Shown: positions 52,901 through 64,000 of the stretch, piece by piece
Numbering within the stretch: position 1 is the first letter of the stretch
Layout of the letters: the number at the start of each line of letters is the position of its first letter
Source: Eledone cirrhosa
Lineage: Eukaryota
Assembly (NCBI GenBank): GCA_964016885.1
Contig: OZ024744.1
Coordinates: 17,050,001-17,114,000, forward strand
Direction: 5' to 3'
Length of the DNA: 64,000 nt
Made by a program: the position numbers and the translations under genes
The notes under the pieces: model-generated
The model's input: the letters and a program-made list of their open reading frames with translations, nothing else
The model's database searches: none
Told to the model about the DNA's origin: nothing

Positions 52901-53696
52901 CAAAGTTGTTTCTTTTGGATTGGCCGCCAAATGAACAGCAGTCTGTTCAGTAAAGTAAGCCCGCTGGCCGTTTTCCAAATGAACAGCTAGTTGTATGATG
53001 GCGGGGTGCCTTTGGTGAAGTGGAAACCCGAATATCCGCCAAAAGCTTCACCACTGCTGATATATCGACCTGCCAAGTGCTCCGAGACCTCGTCCCTGCT
53101 ATTGTGGTTTTGAAGGCCGAACATGGCAGCGTCGGAACCCTTGTTAACATATTTACATATGTACTTTATTGACTTCACTGAATGACAGAAGTCCACATTT
53201 ATATGAGCGGTGAAAGTTTTCATCAGAAATGGACAGTACGGGACCACCCACCTATTATCAACTTGATGACCCCGTAACGTCATAGTGAATCCACCGTTCT
53301 CAGGCCGCCATCGTCTGTACAGTTCTGTCTCTCACTCTCTGGCTCACTCCTTTATTTTTTCTCTGTCTCTCTCGCAAGGAAATTAGTAAGGAGTGGGTTT
53401 ATAAGCGTATATAAGAGAAGGATGCAGCATGTATTTTTTTTTTCAATTTTTAAGGGGAGTAGAGACGGAATCAGATTGTATTAGAGGGGTACAGCGTCAT
53501 GTATTTAGTTTCATCGATAATTTCCGTAATTGTGGGTTATTTTGAAATAAATAAATAGTCGTTGATCTACGTTGAGACCATTTACAACATTCTTACAGAC
53601 TTTGAGTCGAATCGGCTTGAAATTGTGCAAATGTATAAACATGGAACATGCACACACACACACACACAACAACAATCTGCCTTTTATAGATAATGA
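49923..53696 (-). mobile_element. Helitron, internally deleted
   Basis: 5' A|TC at 53696 and 3' ...GCAACGCCTGG...CTAG|T at 49923, inside TA runs; encloses helicase fragments. Confidence 0.88.
50741..53320 (-). pseudogene. Helitron RepHel, PIF1-type helicase portion, frameshifted
   Basis: DNRWVVPY, SIKYICKYVNKGSD, ASSGIAATLLPGGRTAHS, LLSGDFRQTLPV, FAMSINKTQGQT, HGQLYVGCS, TKNIVYKEVL*. Confidence 0.92.
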
Positions 53697-53699
53697 TAT

Positions 53700-53787
<88 letters not shown>

Positions 53788-53790
<3 letters not shown>

Positions 53791-54419
53791 AAAAAGAGAT
53801 GAAATCGAAAACGCAACTGGAGTCTTATTTTTTTTTTTAAATATATATATTTATTTTGTTCCTTTACCGGTTTCGCAGTTCTTCTGCTTTTCAAAAGGTG
53901 AGTTGAGATGGAGGGTCTGTGGTTTTTCTCACATCTGGTTGGTCTCTGAATGTTACTTGTTTTATATGTAAAAAGTGGCTCGAAATGCCAGGTTTTTCGA
54001 GAAGTAATTTGATTGGTTTGTCAATAATTATAATAAATTTCGCGCCAGTTCGCGTTACAATAGTTCTTCAAATAAGAGGGAGGGGGTTGTCACAGGTTGT
54101 TTTTTTCATATATGAGTGTTTGAATTTCTTTTTACTTGAAAAAAGGAGGCTCACGAAGGCTTGTTTTGGTTGGTTATAAATGAAATTATGGCTGTAACGT
54201 GAACAAATTTTCATTAACTTTTTGTGCCCTTATTTGGAAATCCATTCTGTCGCCTTTTTAGAGAATCTTTTGATAAAAAGATAATGGTCAAGAGAAAGGG
54301 ATGGAAGAATTGTTCTCGTTCAGTGAATATGGTTAGTTCGCTGGGGTGTCAGAATTCAGATTTTCTATTGAATACAGAAAGTAAAGATATGTGTGTTTAT
54401 TTGTGTGCTTGTGTGTGTG

Positions 54420-54452
<33 letters not shown>

Positions 54453-55295
54453 TTGAATTTCTTTACTTTAAAAAAAGGTGGCTCACGACGGCTTTTTTTA
54501 AATAAACGTGATTTCATTTATAACCAATCAAATCACGTTTATTAAAAAAAAGCCTTCGTGAGCCACCTTTTTTTAAAGTAAAGAAATTCAAACACACACA
54601 CACACAAAAGCACACAAATAAACACATATCTATACTTTCTTTATTCGATAGAAAATCTGAATTCTGACACCCCAGCGAACTAACCATATTCACTGAACCA
54701 GAACAATTCTCCCATCCCTTTCTCTTGACCATTATCTTTCACTTATCATAAAATTCTCTAAAAAGGCTACAGAATGGATTTCCAAATAAGGGCACGAAAA
54801 TTTTATGAAAACTTGTTCACGTGACAGCCATAATTTCATTTATAACCACCCCAAAACAAGCCTTCGTGAGCCTCCTTTTTTCAAGTAAAAAGAAATTCAA
54901 ACACTCATATATGAAAAAACAACCTGTGACAACCCCCTCCCTCTTATTTGAAGAACTATTGTAACGCGAACTGGCGCGAAATTTATTATAATTATTGACA
55001 AACCAATCAAATTACTTCTCGAAAAACCTGGCATTACGAGCCACTTTTTCCATATAAAACAAGTAACATTCAGAGACCAACCAGATGTGAGAAAAACCAC
55101 AGACCCTCCATCTCAACTCACCTTTTGAAAAGCAGAAGAACTGCGAAACCGGTAAAGGAACCAAATAAATATATATATATTTTTTTTAAATAAGACTCCA
55201 GTTGCATTTTCGATTTCATCTCTTTTTCTTTATACTTTCACTCGTGTAGGACACCTCGGTTATTTTTCATTTTGTAAAAAAAACCTCACTTTCTA
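53788..55295. mobile_element. Second palindromic element with U3:A8 hammerheads (53861-53898 minus, 55121-55158 plus)
   Basis: Arms invert about ~54520; homologous to 44370-45830. Confidence 0.8.
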
Positions 55296-55384
55296 ATATA
55301 TATATATATATTATGGAATACTGTTGGCTTTTTGCTACAATATTTTCTATACCTTTCATATATATATATATATATATATATGTG

Positions 55385-55835
55385 TTTAAGTATGTATGTT
55401 TGTATGTATACGTACATACATATATGTATACAGACGTACAGTAGTATGTATATATATATATACATACATGCACACATATATGAGCACGTATCGGTTTACC
55501 GAACATTTATTATAATGCTCGGTTTGTTTGTTTGTTTGTTGCCCGAATTACGCCGTACAGTGTTTAGGCAACCACGTCACCTTTTTCTTCAACACTGACA
55601 CAGGAACGATGTACTAGTTTCAAGCTTATTAGCTATCGTCAGCATCGTATACCTTCCTGCCAGATGGTTGAACGTCTGAAAGTATATACTTTCCTTATGC
55701 ATATTAACGACTGAGCAGCCTAATTTGCATATCGAGTGAGTTCAGTCGGCCGGGCACACGGAAAACGATAAACATATATATATATTTATATATACACATA
55801 TATATACACACACACATACACACACACACACACAC

Positions 55836-55932
<97 letters not shown>

Positions 55933-56690
55933 TATACATATATATAAGTATGTATACGTACATACATATATGTATACAGACGTACAGTAGTATGTACATA
56001 CATACATACATGCACAAATATATATATGTACGTATGGGTTTACCGAACATTTATTATAATTTTCAGTTTGTTTGTAAACAAACAGCCCGAATTAAGCCGT
56101 ACAGTGTTCGGCAACCATCGTTGCCCTTTTGTTCAACACTGACAAAGGAACGATGAAGTAGTTTCTAGCTTATTAGCAGTCATCAGCACCGTATACCTTC
56201 CTGTCTGACGATTGAACGTTTGAAAGTATATACTTTCCTTATGCATATTAACGTCTGAGCAGCCCAATTTGCATATCGAGTGAGTTAGTCGATCAGGCGT
56301 ACCGAAAAGGATAAATGGAAAAAATGAAATTTCATTTCTCACTCTTATTAAGGCTGATACTTAAATATAAGTATGTATACGTACATATATATATGTATAC
56401 AGACGTACAGTAGTATGTATATACATACATACATGCACGCATATATATATATGTACGTATCGTTCCTTTGTTTAGTGTTGAACAAAAGAACAACGATGGT
56501 TGCCGAGCACTGTACGGCGTAATTCGGGTTGTTTGTTTACAAACAAATCGAGCATTATAATAAATGTTCGGTAAACCCATAGTACATATATATATGTGTG
56601 CATGTATGTATGTATATACATACTAGTGTACGTCTGTATACATATATGTATGTACGTATACATACTTATATATATATATATATATATATT
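55385..56690 (-). repeat. Retrozyme-like repeat, array 3 (about 2.3 units, then an inverted piece from 56459)
   Basis: Hammerheads at 55606-55648 and 56150-56192. Confidence 0.8.
55606..55648 (-). ncRNA. Type I hammerhead, intact core
   Basis: acgatg-CTGACGA-tagctaataagctt-GAAAC-ta-GTA-catcgt. Confidence 0.82.
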
Positions 56691-59480
56691 ATTATACTTG
56701 GGGAGGGTCATATTTGTGTAATATTGTCAGAATTAATAACAGAACTCACTCACTGTTTGATTGGTTTTCGCTTTTCGCTTCTGTGTCTTTTATATCGGTT
56801 ATCTAATTTAATTTATTCGGTCCTCAATGTTGCCATTGACTGACCGACGGTCAACAATAATACAGATACAATATAGACACAAACACATATATATAGTTTA
56901 TCAAAGTTCTTTCGTTGCACATCTGCAACATCGTCAGTGGTGCTATTGTTTCCTCCCGTTACATTGTATGTCTACGCCATTTTTATTTAGTGTGTCTATA
57001 TATTTATTTATTTATTTGTTTGTTTGTTTATTTTATTTTGTCTTCTTTGCGCATGCGTTTGCGTGTGTGTATAGTGTTTTGTTTGATGTGTGTTCGTGAT
57101 TGGGTGACTGTGTTCTATCTTTACTAGTGTGTGTTTATATGTGTTTGTTGTTATTGTGCTTATGTATGTATTTATTTATTTATTTATCTATTTATTTATT
57201 TATACTTCTCTTAGGTCAGTGTTGTTTGTTTGGGTGTTGTTGTTATTCCATTCATTCTTTCTGTTTAGTCTTGGCCTTCTAAGTTCTATTTCACTGGCCT
57301 CTCTGATTTGCCTATCTGCTGGGTCATTTCTATGTTTAGATATTATTCTAATTTCTATGTTGTCTATGTTACCGTCGTGTTGTTGTCTGGCATGTTCGTA
57401 TAGTACTGACCCGTTTTTTCGTCCTTTTAGTTCCCCCCAGTCTTGGTCTATCCTTTCACCTATGCTACGAGCTGTCTCGCCTATGTATGTTGTTGTCATG
57501 TTTCTGCAAGTACCCTCTGTACATCTTATGCTATAGACTACGTTTCTAGTTTTACAGTTTATCCGGGGGTTTACCTTACATATGATACATTTCCTATTAG
57601 TACAGTGGGTTTTCTTAAAAGGGTAGGTTTTGCTGATCAGGGATTCTATGGTGGTTCCTGGCGTTTCTACCACCTTAATCTTTAAGTGGGTCTTTCTCAG
57701 GGCCTTTCTACACTGGTTAGCTAATTTCCCTTCAGGGGTAGCGTCCACAAACATGACACTCTGGTATCTCTGGTTGTCGTACCATGAGGTGGCTTTCCCT
57801 ATCATATGTCTAGCCCTATCTAAGCTATTCCATGATTTTCTCCTGTATAATGGGCAAATTCCTTTCATGTCCAGTTCTATGAGGGTCTTATACTTCTCCA
57901 TGGCTCCTTCGTATACTCTGACTCTGTCTCTTTGGTTGTAGCCAGAGAACTGCATGCGGTTGATGAAGTGTTGGATGTGTCGTTCCATTTCTGTTGGGTC
58001 GCACATGCGGGACACATTCTTCATCACTCGTACAAAATCTGCGATCAGAATATCAGACTTAGCACTACTGGACATTGCTGAGCTTTTGAGTATCAGGTAT
58101 TTGGAGGCCATGGGTTTAGCATAGTGTGAATGGAGAATTTGGGCTCTCTCGTCTATAGTGTTAATCCAGAGGTCCGTGTCTAATACAGGTAGTCTATTGT
58201 TAGGGTGTTTGGAAGGGAAGTCGATAGTTACAGTTATACTCTGGTGTATGGAATTAGCTATCTGCTGGATGCTTTCCATTGTGCTACGTTCTAAATCAAA
58301 CTTGTTAGTGCTCTCTAGTGAGGATATTCTTATAACTATATTGATATCGTCTACGTAACGAGAGTACATGATGAGGTCTATGGAGCTCTCATTAAGGAGA
58401 TCTTTAAGTCTCCTTTCCCACCATACCATGAAAAGGTTGGCAACATCACCAGCTATGCTGACGCCAATGGCTGCTCCCTCATTTTGGGTGTAGATCTTCT
58501 CGTTGAACTTGAAGATGTGGCCCTTTAGGGTAGTTTTGATACTGGCCCCTATTGCATGTGCGACCATTTTTCTTACCTGATCATTGTTTTGGGGGGTCCG
58601 TATAGCTTTGGGCCACCCAATCCACCTTCCCATGGGAGTCTTTTTTGCCATTGAGGTTATGGTGGGGGGTCTACCTCTAATGGGTCTACTAGGGCAGAAA
58701 CGTCTATGGTCATGGCTGTCTAGGTAGTCAGTGTCGTAGGTAAGTCTAAGTAGGAGGCCCAGTTCGTCTGTGTCGACGTCGCAGAACTCCACCTCACTCT
58801 CAATGATCAACTCCACACATTTTTCCACAGCAAAATCAATGTTAATGGATGGGTACAGTGATACCACATCCAAGCTGCCTATTATGCAGTTGGATAGGTT
58901 CCTGTTTTTGTTGCACTCACTGATTCTGCTGAGGGGTCCTCTGTACTGGGGACATCTTGATTATGGGGCGTATAACCATTGAGAGGAAGTAGGAGATCCT
59001 GTAGTTACTAGCTATATTAGCTCCGCATACGGGTCTTGTTGGTGGTCCTGTTGTCGCGTCGTCGACTGTCTTGTGGTCTTTGCGGAGCCCATACAAGGGT
59101 GGTATGCCATTGTTAGACGCCTGGAAGTTGTTGGCAGTGCGTCTGCTTGGCTTTAGGATGTCAGTCCACATCATCATGTGAGCGTTGAGGATTTTCTCTC
59201 TCCCATCGTGTGTTTGTTGTGCAATTTCGCTCGTGTTGGTGATGTGGGGTTACATAGCCTTGATGTAGTTCGGCATGCTATCTATTGACATCCTACCAGA
59301 CTTATCCGTGGGTAGGCATACTACCTCACCATCCCTTGTGCGCTGCTTGAGGCTAACCAAGCCTTCTACAGGTTTCCTCCCAAGTTGTTGGGCCTCTGGT
59401 CTGCTCTGTCTCTTAGTATACCTGTCTACTATTTGTCTAATCTTATTTCTAGCTATGGTGAACTGTGCCTCTGTCTCGTC
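56690..59480 (-). mobile_element. Penelope-like element related to 11490-14000
   Basis: Homologous RT-EN ORF; pLTR 56690-57190 with hammerhead at 56900-56941. Confidence 0.92.
57200..58873 (-). CDS. PLE RT + GIY-YIG (557 aa open; N-terminal part to 59480 disrupted)
   Basis: DVVSLYPSI, GAAIGVS, YSRYVDD, CKTRNVVYSIRC, YIGETARSIGER; PPLYGLRKDHK upstream. Confidence 0.9.
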   Translation of the reverse strand: MDVVSLYPSINIDFAVEKCVELIIESEVEFCDVDTDELGLLLRLTYDTDYLDSHDHRRFCPSRPIRGRPPTITSMAKKTPMGRWIGWPKAIRTPQNNDQVRKMVAHAIGASIKTTLKGHIFKFNEKIYTQNEGAAIGVSIAGDVANLFMVWWERRLKDLLNESSIDLIMYSRYVDDINIVIRISSLESTNKFDLERSTMESIQQIANSIHQSITVTIDFPSKHPNNRLPVLDTDLWINTIDERAQILHSHYAKPMASKYLILKSSAMSSSAKSDILIADFVRVMKNVSRMCDPTEMERHIQHFINRMQFSGYNQRDRVRVYEGAMEKYKTLIELDMKGICPLYRRKSWNSLDRARHMIGKATSWYDNQRYQSVMFVDATPEGKLANQCRKALRKTHLKIKVVETPGTTIESLISKTYPFKKTHCTNRKCIICKVNPRINCKTRNVVYSIRCTEGTCRNMTTTYIGETARSIGERIDQDWGELKGRKNGSVLYEHARQQHDGNIDNIEIRIISKHRNDPADRQIREASEIELRRPRLNRKNEWNNNNTQTNNTDLREV

Positions 59481-59498
59481 ATCTATATATATTATATA

Positions 59499-59591
<93 letters not shown>

Positions 59592-59662
59592 CATGTGGAA
59601 GCTTAGTAAAATCGAAGCTTTGGCAAAGTCGACCTACAATATGAATGAGTTCGCAAAGCACT

Positions 59663-59705
<43 letters not shown>

Positions 59706-60139
59706 CGTTTATGAAACAATATTTTTTCGTGTTTTACTAAATTGAATCAACTTAAACATTAGTTGAATAAGATGTATTGAAACATTTGTAAAGTTATTAA
59801 TTGGTTTAAAGAAATCTACTCTGTCATCTCATATGTATATGTATGTATGTATATATATATGTGTATTAATACAATTACATATATATATATGTGTGTGTGT
59901 GTGTGCAAAATATTCAGTAAGTAGGAGAAAACCAGTGAGAGTACCAATGTCACCAATCACTAGAGAGCAGAGTTTATATAATAAGAACAAAGTAGAGATG
60001 TTATATATGAGATTTATTACGCAACCAAGTTACAAATGTTTCCAAGGCGGCTGGCTTGTGATCTGAAATCATACCAGACCAGACTCCAAGTCTGCCTGAT
60101 CCTTTGAGCAGTGTTAACACAACAAATATCACATCAAAT

Positions 60140-60460
60140 CTGTAGGGCCTACGTAGGGTTAACCGCTAATAAATTCAAGCAGAGTCGTTACAGGCATACC
60201 CATTCTTTTCTTAACCCTTTAAGAAGGAATATGACGTCACTTTCAGCTTCTATCTGGAGTCTAAAAGGCAACTACACCCAATATAGTTTAACGGAAATAA
60301 AAAAAACCATGTGACCTCTGCGCTGCTGAAGCCCTGGAAATACTCTACGCCAATGACCACGTCTTAAACGAAAAATCTGAGGCAATTTCGGCTTGTAAAC
60401 ATAAATTGCAAAAAGCTTTCCTGTATTACACCCCGACATTTTACCCTAACGGATAGTACG
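60140..60460 (+). mobile_element. Naiad-like GIY-YIG fragment
   Basis: YVGLTANKFK..Y.H..SF, TSLSASIWSLK, CDLCAAE, LNEKSE...CKH. Confidence 0.65.
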
Positions 60461-61455
60461 AACTATACGCGGATAATTTACGTCTCGATGTGGTAACTAA
60501 GTATATGTTATGTTTATACCATTACTTATTTATATAGGTAAGTATATAATACCTGTATGTTTTGTGAAGGTACGTATACTTTCGTTTTGTGAAGGTACGT
60601 ATACTTTCTCGTACGTATATTTGCTTGTATTTTTTATATGCGTATATATTAAATTATATATACTGGTACATGTGTATATGGTTATGTGTATACGTGAGTT
60701 TTGCGTTTGTGTGTGTATGCGGGTTTGCATATATGTAGGGTGTGTGTGTATATGTGTACTTTCTGTTTTGGTTGACGTATTTTAGCGAACATGTGTTTTT
60801 ACATGTAGGTATGTGTGTGCGTGCGTTATATACGTATTTATGTGTGTATATTTATTTACGTTTATATAATTATATGTATACGCGCACACACACACACACA
60901 CACACGTATATATATATTTTTTATATATGTTTTATGTGTATTTCGTGTATACGTTCGTATAGGTGCGGGTAGAGGCGTTGCGTGGGTTTTGTATGTGTGC
61001 GCGTGTTTTTTGTGTACGTGTCTGTATTTGCATACCCATGGCGGGTGTTTTCGCGTATGCGTGTTTATGTACGTATATTGATGCGTGCATGTATATATTT
61101 AATTATTGTTGATTTCAATAACTTCTGTATTTATTTACATTATTCTTAACTCTGAAGCCGGGAATCATTCGGTTTCAGGAATAGAATATTAGTCTATGAC
61201 TTCGTTTATACCAAAAACGTGGTTTGTCTTTCCGTGTAATTGTTCTAAACGCTTCACATAACGACGTATTATCTTCGCTTTTTTCCGTTCATTGCAAGGG
61301 AACGTCTTCACGAACCAAGGCATCGTCTTCCTGTTTTCCTTCGGTTGCAACTTTTTTCGAAATATTTACTTCTGCGTTCACCGATTGATTTTTTTAGTTT
61401 CAGAAGATCCCGTTATAGGTGAAAGCAGCGATTATTTGCTTAAACTTTAATATGT

Positions 61456-61540
<85 letters not shown>

Positions 61541-61542
61541 TA

Positions 61543-62362
61543 TCAGCCGTTAATATGCATAAGGAAAGTATATACTTTCGGACGTTCAACTATCTGGCAG
61601 GAAGGTATACGTTGCTGACGATAGCTAACAAGCTTGAAACTAGTACAGCGTTCCTTTGTCAGTGTTGAACAAACAAGCAATGGTGGTTGCTAGACACTAC
61701 GGCTTAATACGGGATGTTTGTTTACAAACACACCGAGCATTATAATAAATGTTCGGTGAATCCATACGTACATATATATGTGTGCATGTATGTATATATA
61801 TATACATACTAATGTACGTCTGTATACATATATGTATGTACGTGTACATACTTATATTTAAGTAACAGCCGTACTAAGGGTGGGAAGTGAAATTTCGTTT
61901 CATTTTTTCCGTTTATTGTTTTCGGTGCACCCGGCCGATTAACCCACTCGATATGCAAATTGGGCTACTCAGCCGTTAATATGCATAAGGAAAGTATATA
62001 CTTTCAACAATCTGGCAGGAAGGTATACGTTGCTGACGATAGCTAATAAGCTTAAAACTACTACAGCGTTCCTTTGTCAAACAGTTTCCTTTGTCAAACA
62101 GCGTTCCTTTGTCAAACAAGCAACGGTGGTTGCTAGACACTACGGTTTAATACGGGATGTTTGTTTACAAACACACCGAGCATTATAATAAATCTTTGGT
62201 GAATCCATACGTACATACATATATGTGTGCATGTATGTATATATATATACATACTACTGTACGTCTGTATACAAATATGTATGTACGTATACATACTTAT
62301 ATTTAAGTAACAGCCGTACTAAGAGTGAGAAATGAAATTTCGTTTCATTTTTTTCCGTTTAT
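61543..62362 (+). repeat. Retrozyme-like repeat, array 4 (2 units, 418-bp period)
   Basis: Hammerheads at 61609-61651 (intact) and 62027-62069 (decayed). Confidence 0.8.
61609..61651 (+). ncRNA. Type I hammerhead, intact core
   Basis: acgttg-CTGACGA-tagctaacaagctt-GAAAC-ta-GTA-cagcgt. Confidence 0.8.
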
Positions 62363-62708
62363 ATATATATATATATAAATTTGAATTGGTGTTTTGAAAT
62401 AGCGATATATATATATGAATGTATATATAGTGGTATTTTGCAATACACTGTATGCTTAATTAAAAGCATTTTGAAAACCTTACGCTATTGTTTTTAAGTA
62501 GTTTTTCGAAATATATACTTCTGCGTTTACAGATTGATTTTTTTTAGTTTCAGAAGATCTCGATGAGGGTGATACCAGCGATTGTTTCCTTAAACTTTAA
62601 TCTTTTATTTTTATAAATATTTGCGCTACGCTTCCTATATAGTTGATATATATTTATCCATATCGAGCCCTCTTTGGATTTTAGTCTTCGAATTTATTAT
62701 TATTACTA

Positions 62709-62769
<61 letters not shown>

Positions 62770-63382
62770 CGTCTCTAAATTTGTTTAGCTAGATTCTTTA
62801 TCTGAAAACGTATGTTGAAGCCGATATTGTTATACTTTGGGAGGGTCATGTTGCCAATAAGAAATACACGCACCAGGTGATTTCATTCCAATTAAATTAA
62901 ATTTATAAATTTAAGAATTTATAAATTGCCGGTTGGTTGGGTCCACAACCGGACGATTGTTCATATATTGTCAAAGTTCTTTCGTCACACGTTCTGTGAC
63001 CTCTTCAGTGCCTGGTGATTCTTTTCTTTGTTTTTGTGCTTGACCTTTGTTCTGTCCTACGCCATATTGTTTTTGTGTGTGTTGTGTGCTTAGTTTGCGC
63101 ATGTGTTACATCGGAGTGTCTGTGTGTGTTTATATTTTTTTATTTATTTGTTTATTTACATGTTACAGGTTGGTTGTTTGTTCTATGTGTGTGTTTTCAT
63201 TTTGTCCTTAATTGTAAGTTGTGATGTTGCTATTCCATTTATGTTTTCTATTTAATATTGGAACCAACCAACCAACCGGAAATTTATAAATTCTTAAATA
63301 TATAAATTTAATTTAAAATAAATTGGAGTTGAAGCCTCAGGTGCGTGTGTTTCTTATTGGCAGCATGACTCTTCCAAAGCAT

Positions 63383-63388
<6 letters not shown>
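62770..63388 (-). mobile_element. Solo pLTR with short inverted copy (family of 11490-14000)
   Basis: 62770-63255 matches the pLTR; 63260-63388 inverts 62825-62945. Confidence 0.8.
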
Positions 63389-63476
<88 letters not shown>

Positions 63477-63477
63477 T

Positions 63478-63525
<48 letters not shown>

Positions 63526-63528
63526 TAC

Positions 63529-63585
<57 letters not shown>

Positions 63586-63610
63586 TATATTTGTATATAT
63601 ATATATATAT

Positions 63611-63692
<82 letters not shown>

Positions 63693-63719
63693 ATATATAT
63701 ATGTATATATATATATAAA

Positions 63720-63770
<51 letters not shown>

Positions 63771-63861
63771 CGAAGGAAATGTGGTAAGGAACCAGGTGGA
63801 CCATAACGCACCAAAGTACTCAATACTTAGGGTAGTAGAGCGGGTAATAGGAACCAGTAAG

Positions 63862-63955
63862 ACCCCGACGGCTGAGCTCAAGCCGTTTCGACGGCTATTT
63901 CTGGACTAAATGAAAATTTATCCTGGTATTTAAATAGCCGAGCTTCTCAAGGGGT
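63862..63955 (-). ncRNA. Type I hammerhead, U3:A8 core, stable stems, GUC site
   Basis: acccc-TTGAGAA-gctcggctattt...aaatagccgtc-GAAACggct-tgagctc-agccGTC-ggggt. Confidence 0.78.
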
Positions 63956-64000
63956 AATTCCATATATGGTCAAAGTGATTGTCACAAGGATTGGTCACAA

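Overview
Eukaryotic, extremely repeat-rich window with no prokaryotic features. The tRNA-derived SINE resembles octopus/cephalopod SINEs, but the taxon is an inference. Almost all of it is nested mobile DNA separated by (TA)n/(CA)n/(TTC)n microsatellites: three L1/Tx1-clade LINE copies, an R4/Dong-like and two CRE-like RLE LINEs, an RTE tail, five SINE copies, at least seven Penelope-like element (PLE) copies or fragments with inverted pLTRs, and an internally deleted Helitron. Reading the DNA directly shows about 25 type I hammerhead ribozyme motifs (intact or decayed) from at least eight unrelated repeat families. Highlights: (1) a tandem ~420-540 bp non-coding repeat with one hammerhead, a perfect octamer ATGCAAAT and a 16-bp palindrome per unit (retrozyme/newt satellite-2-like); (2) U3:A8 compensatory-core hammerheads in three families; (3) an HIV-type T TTT TTA -1 slippery site in the correct phase upstream of a nearly intact Neptune-like PLE RT ORF; (4) a compact island at 36.3-39.4 kb with a mini-intron SGNH-fold gene, a convergent BTB/BACK-like gene and a foldback element. 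All calls were made by eye and element boundaries are approximate.
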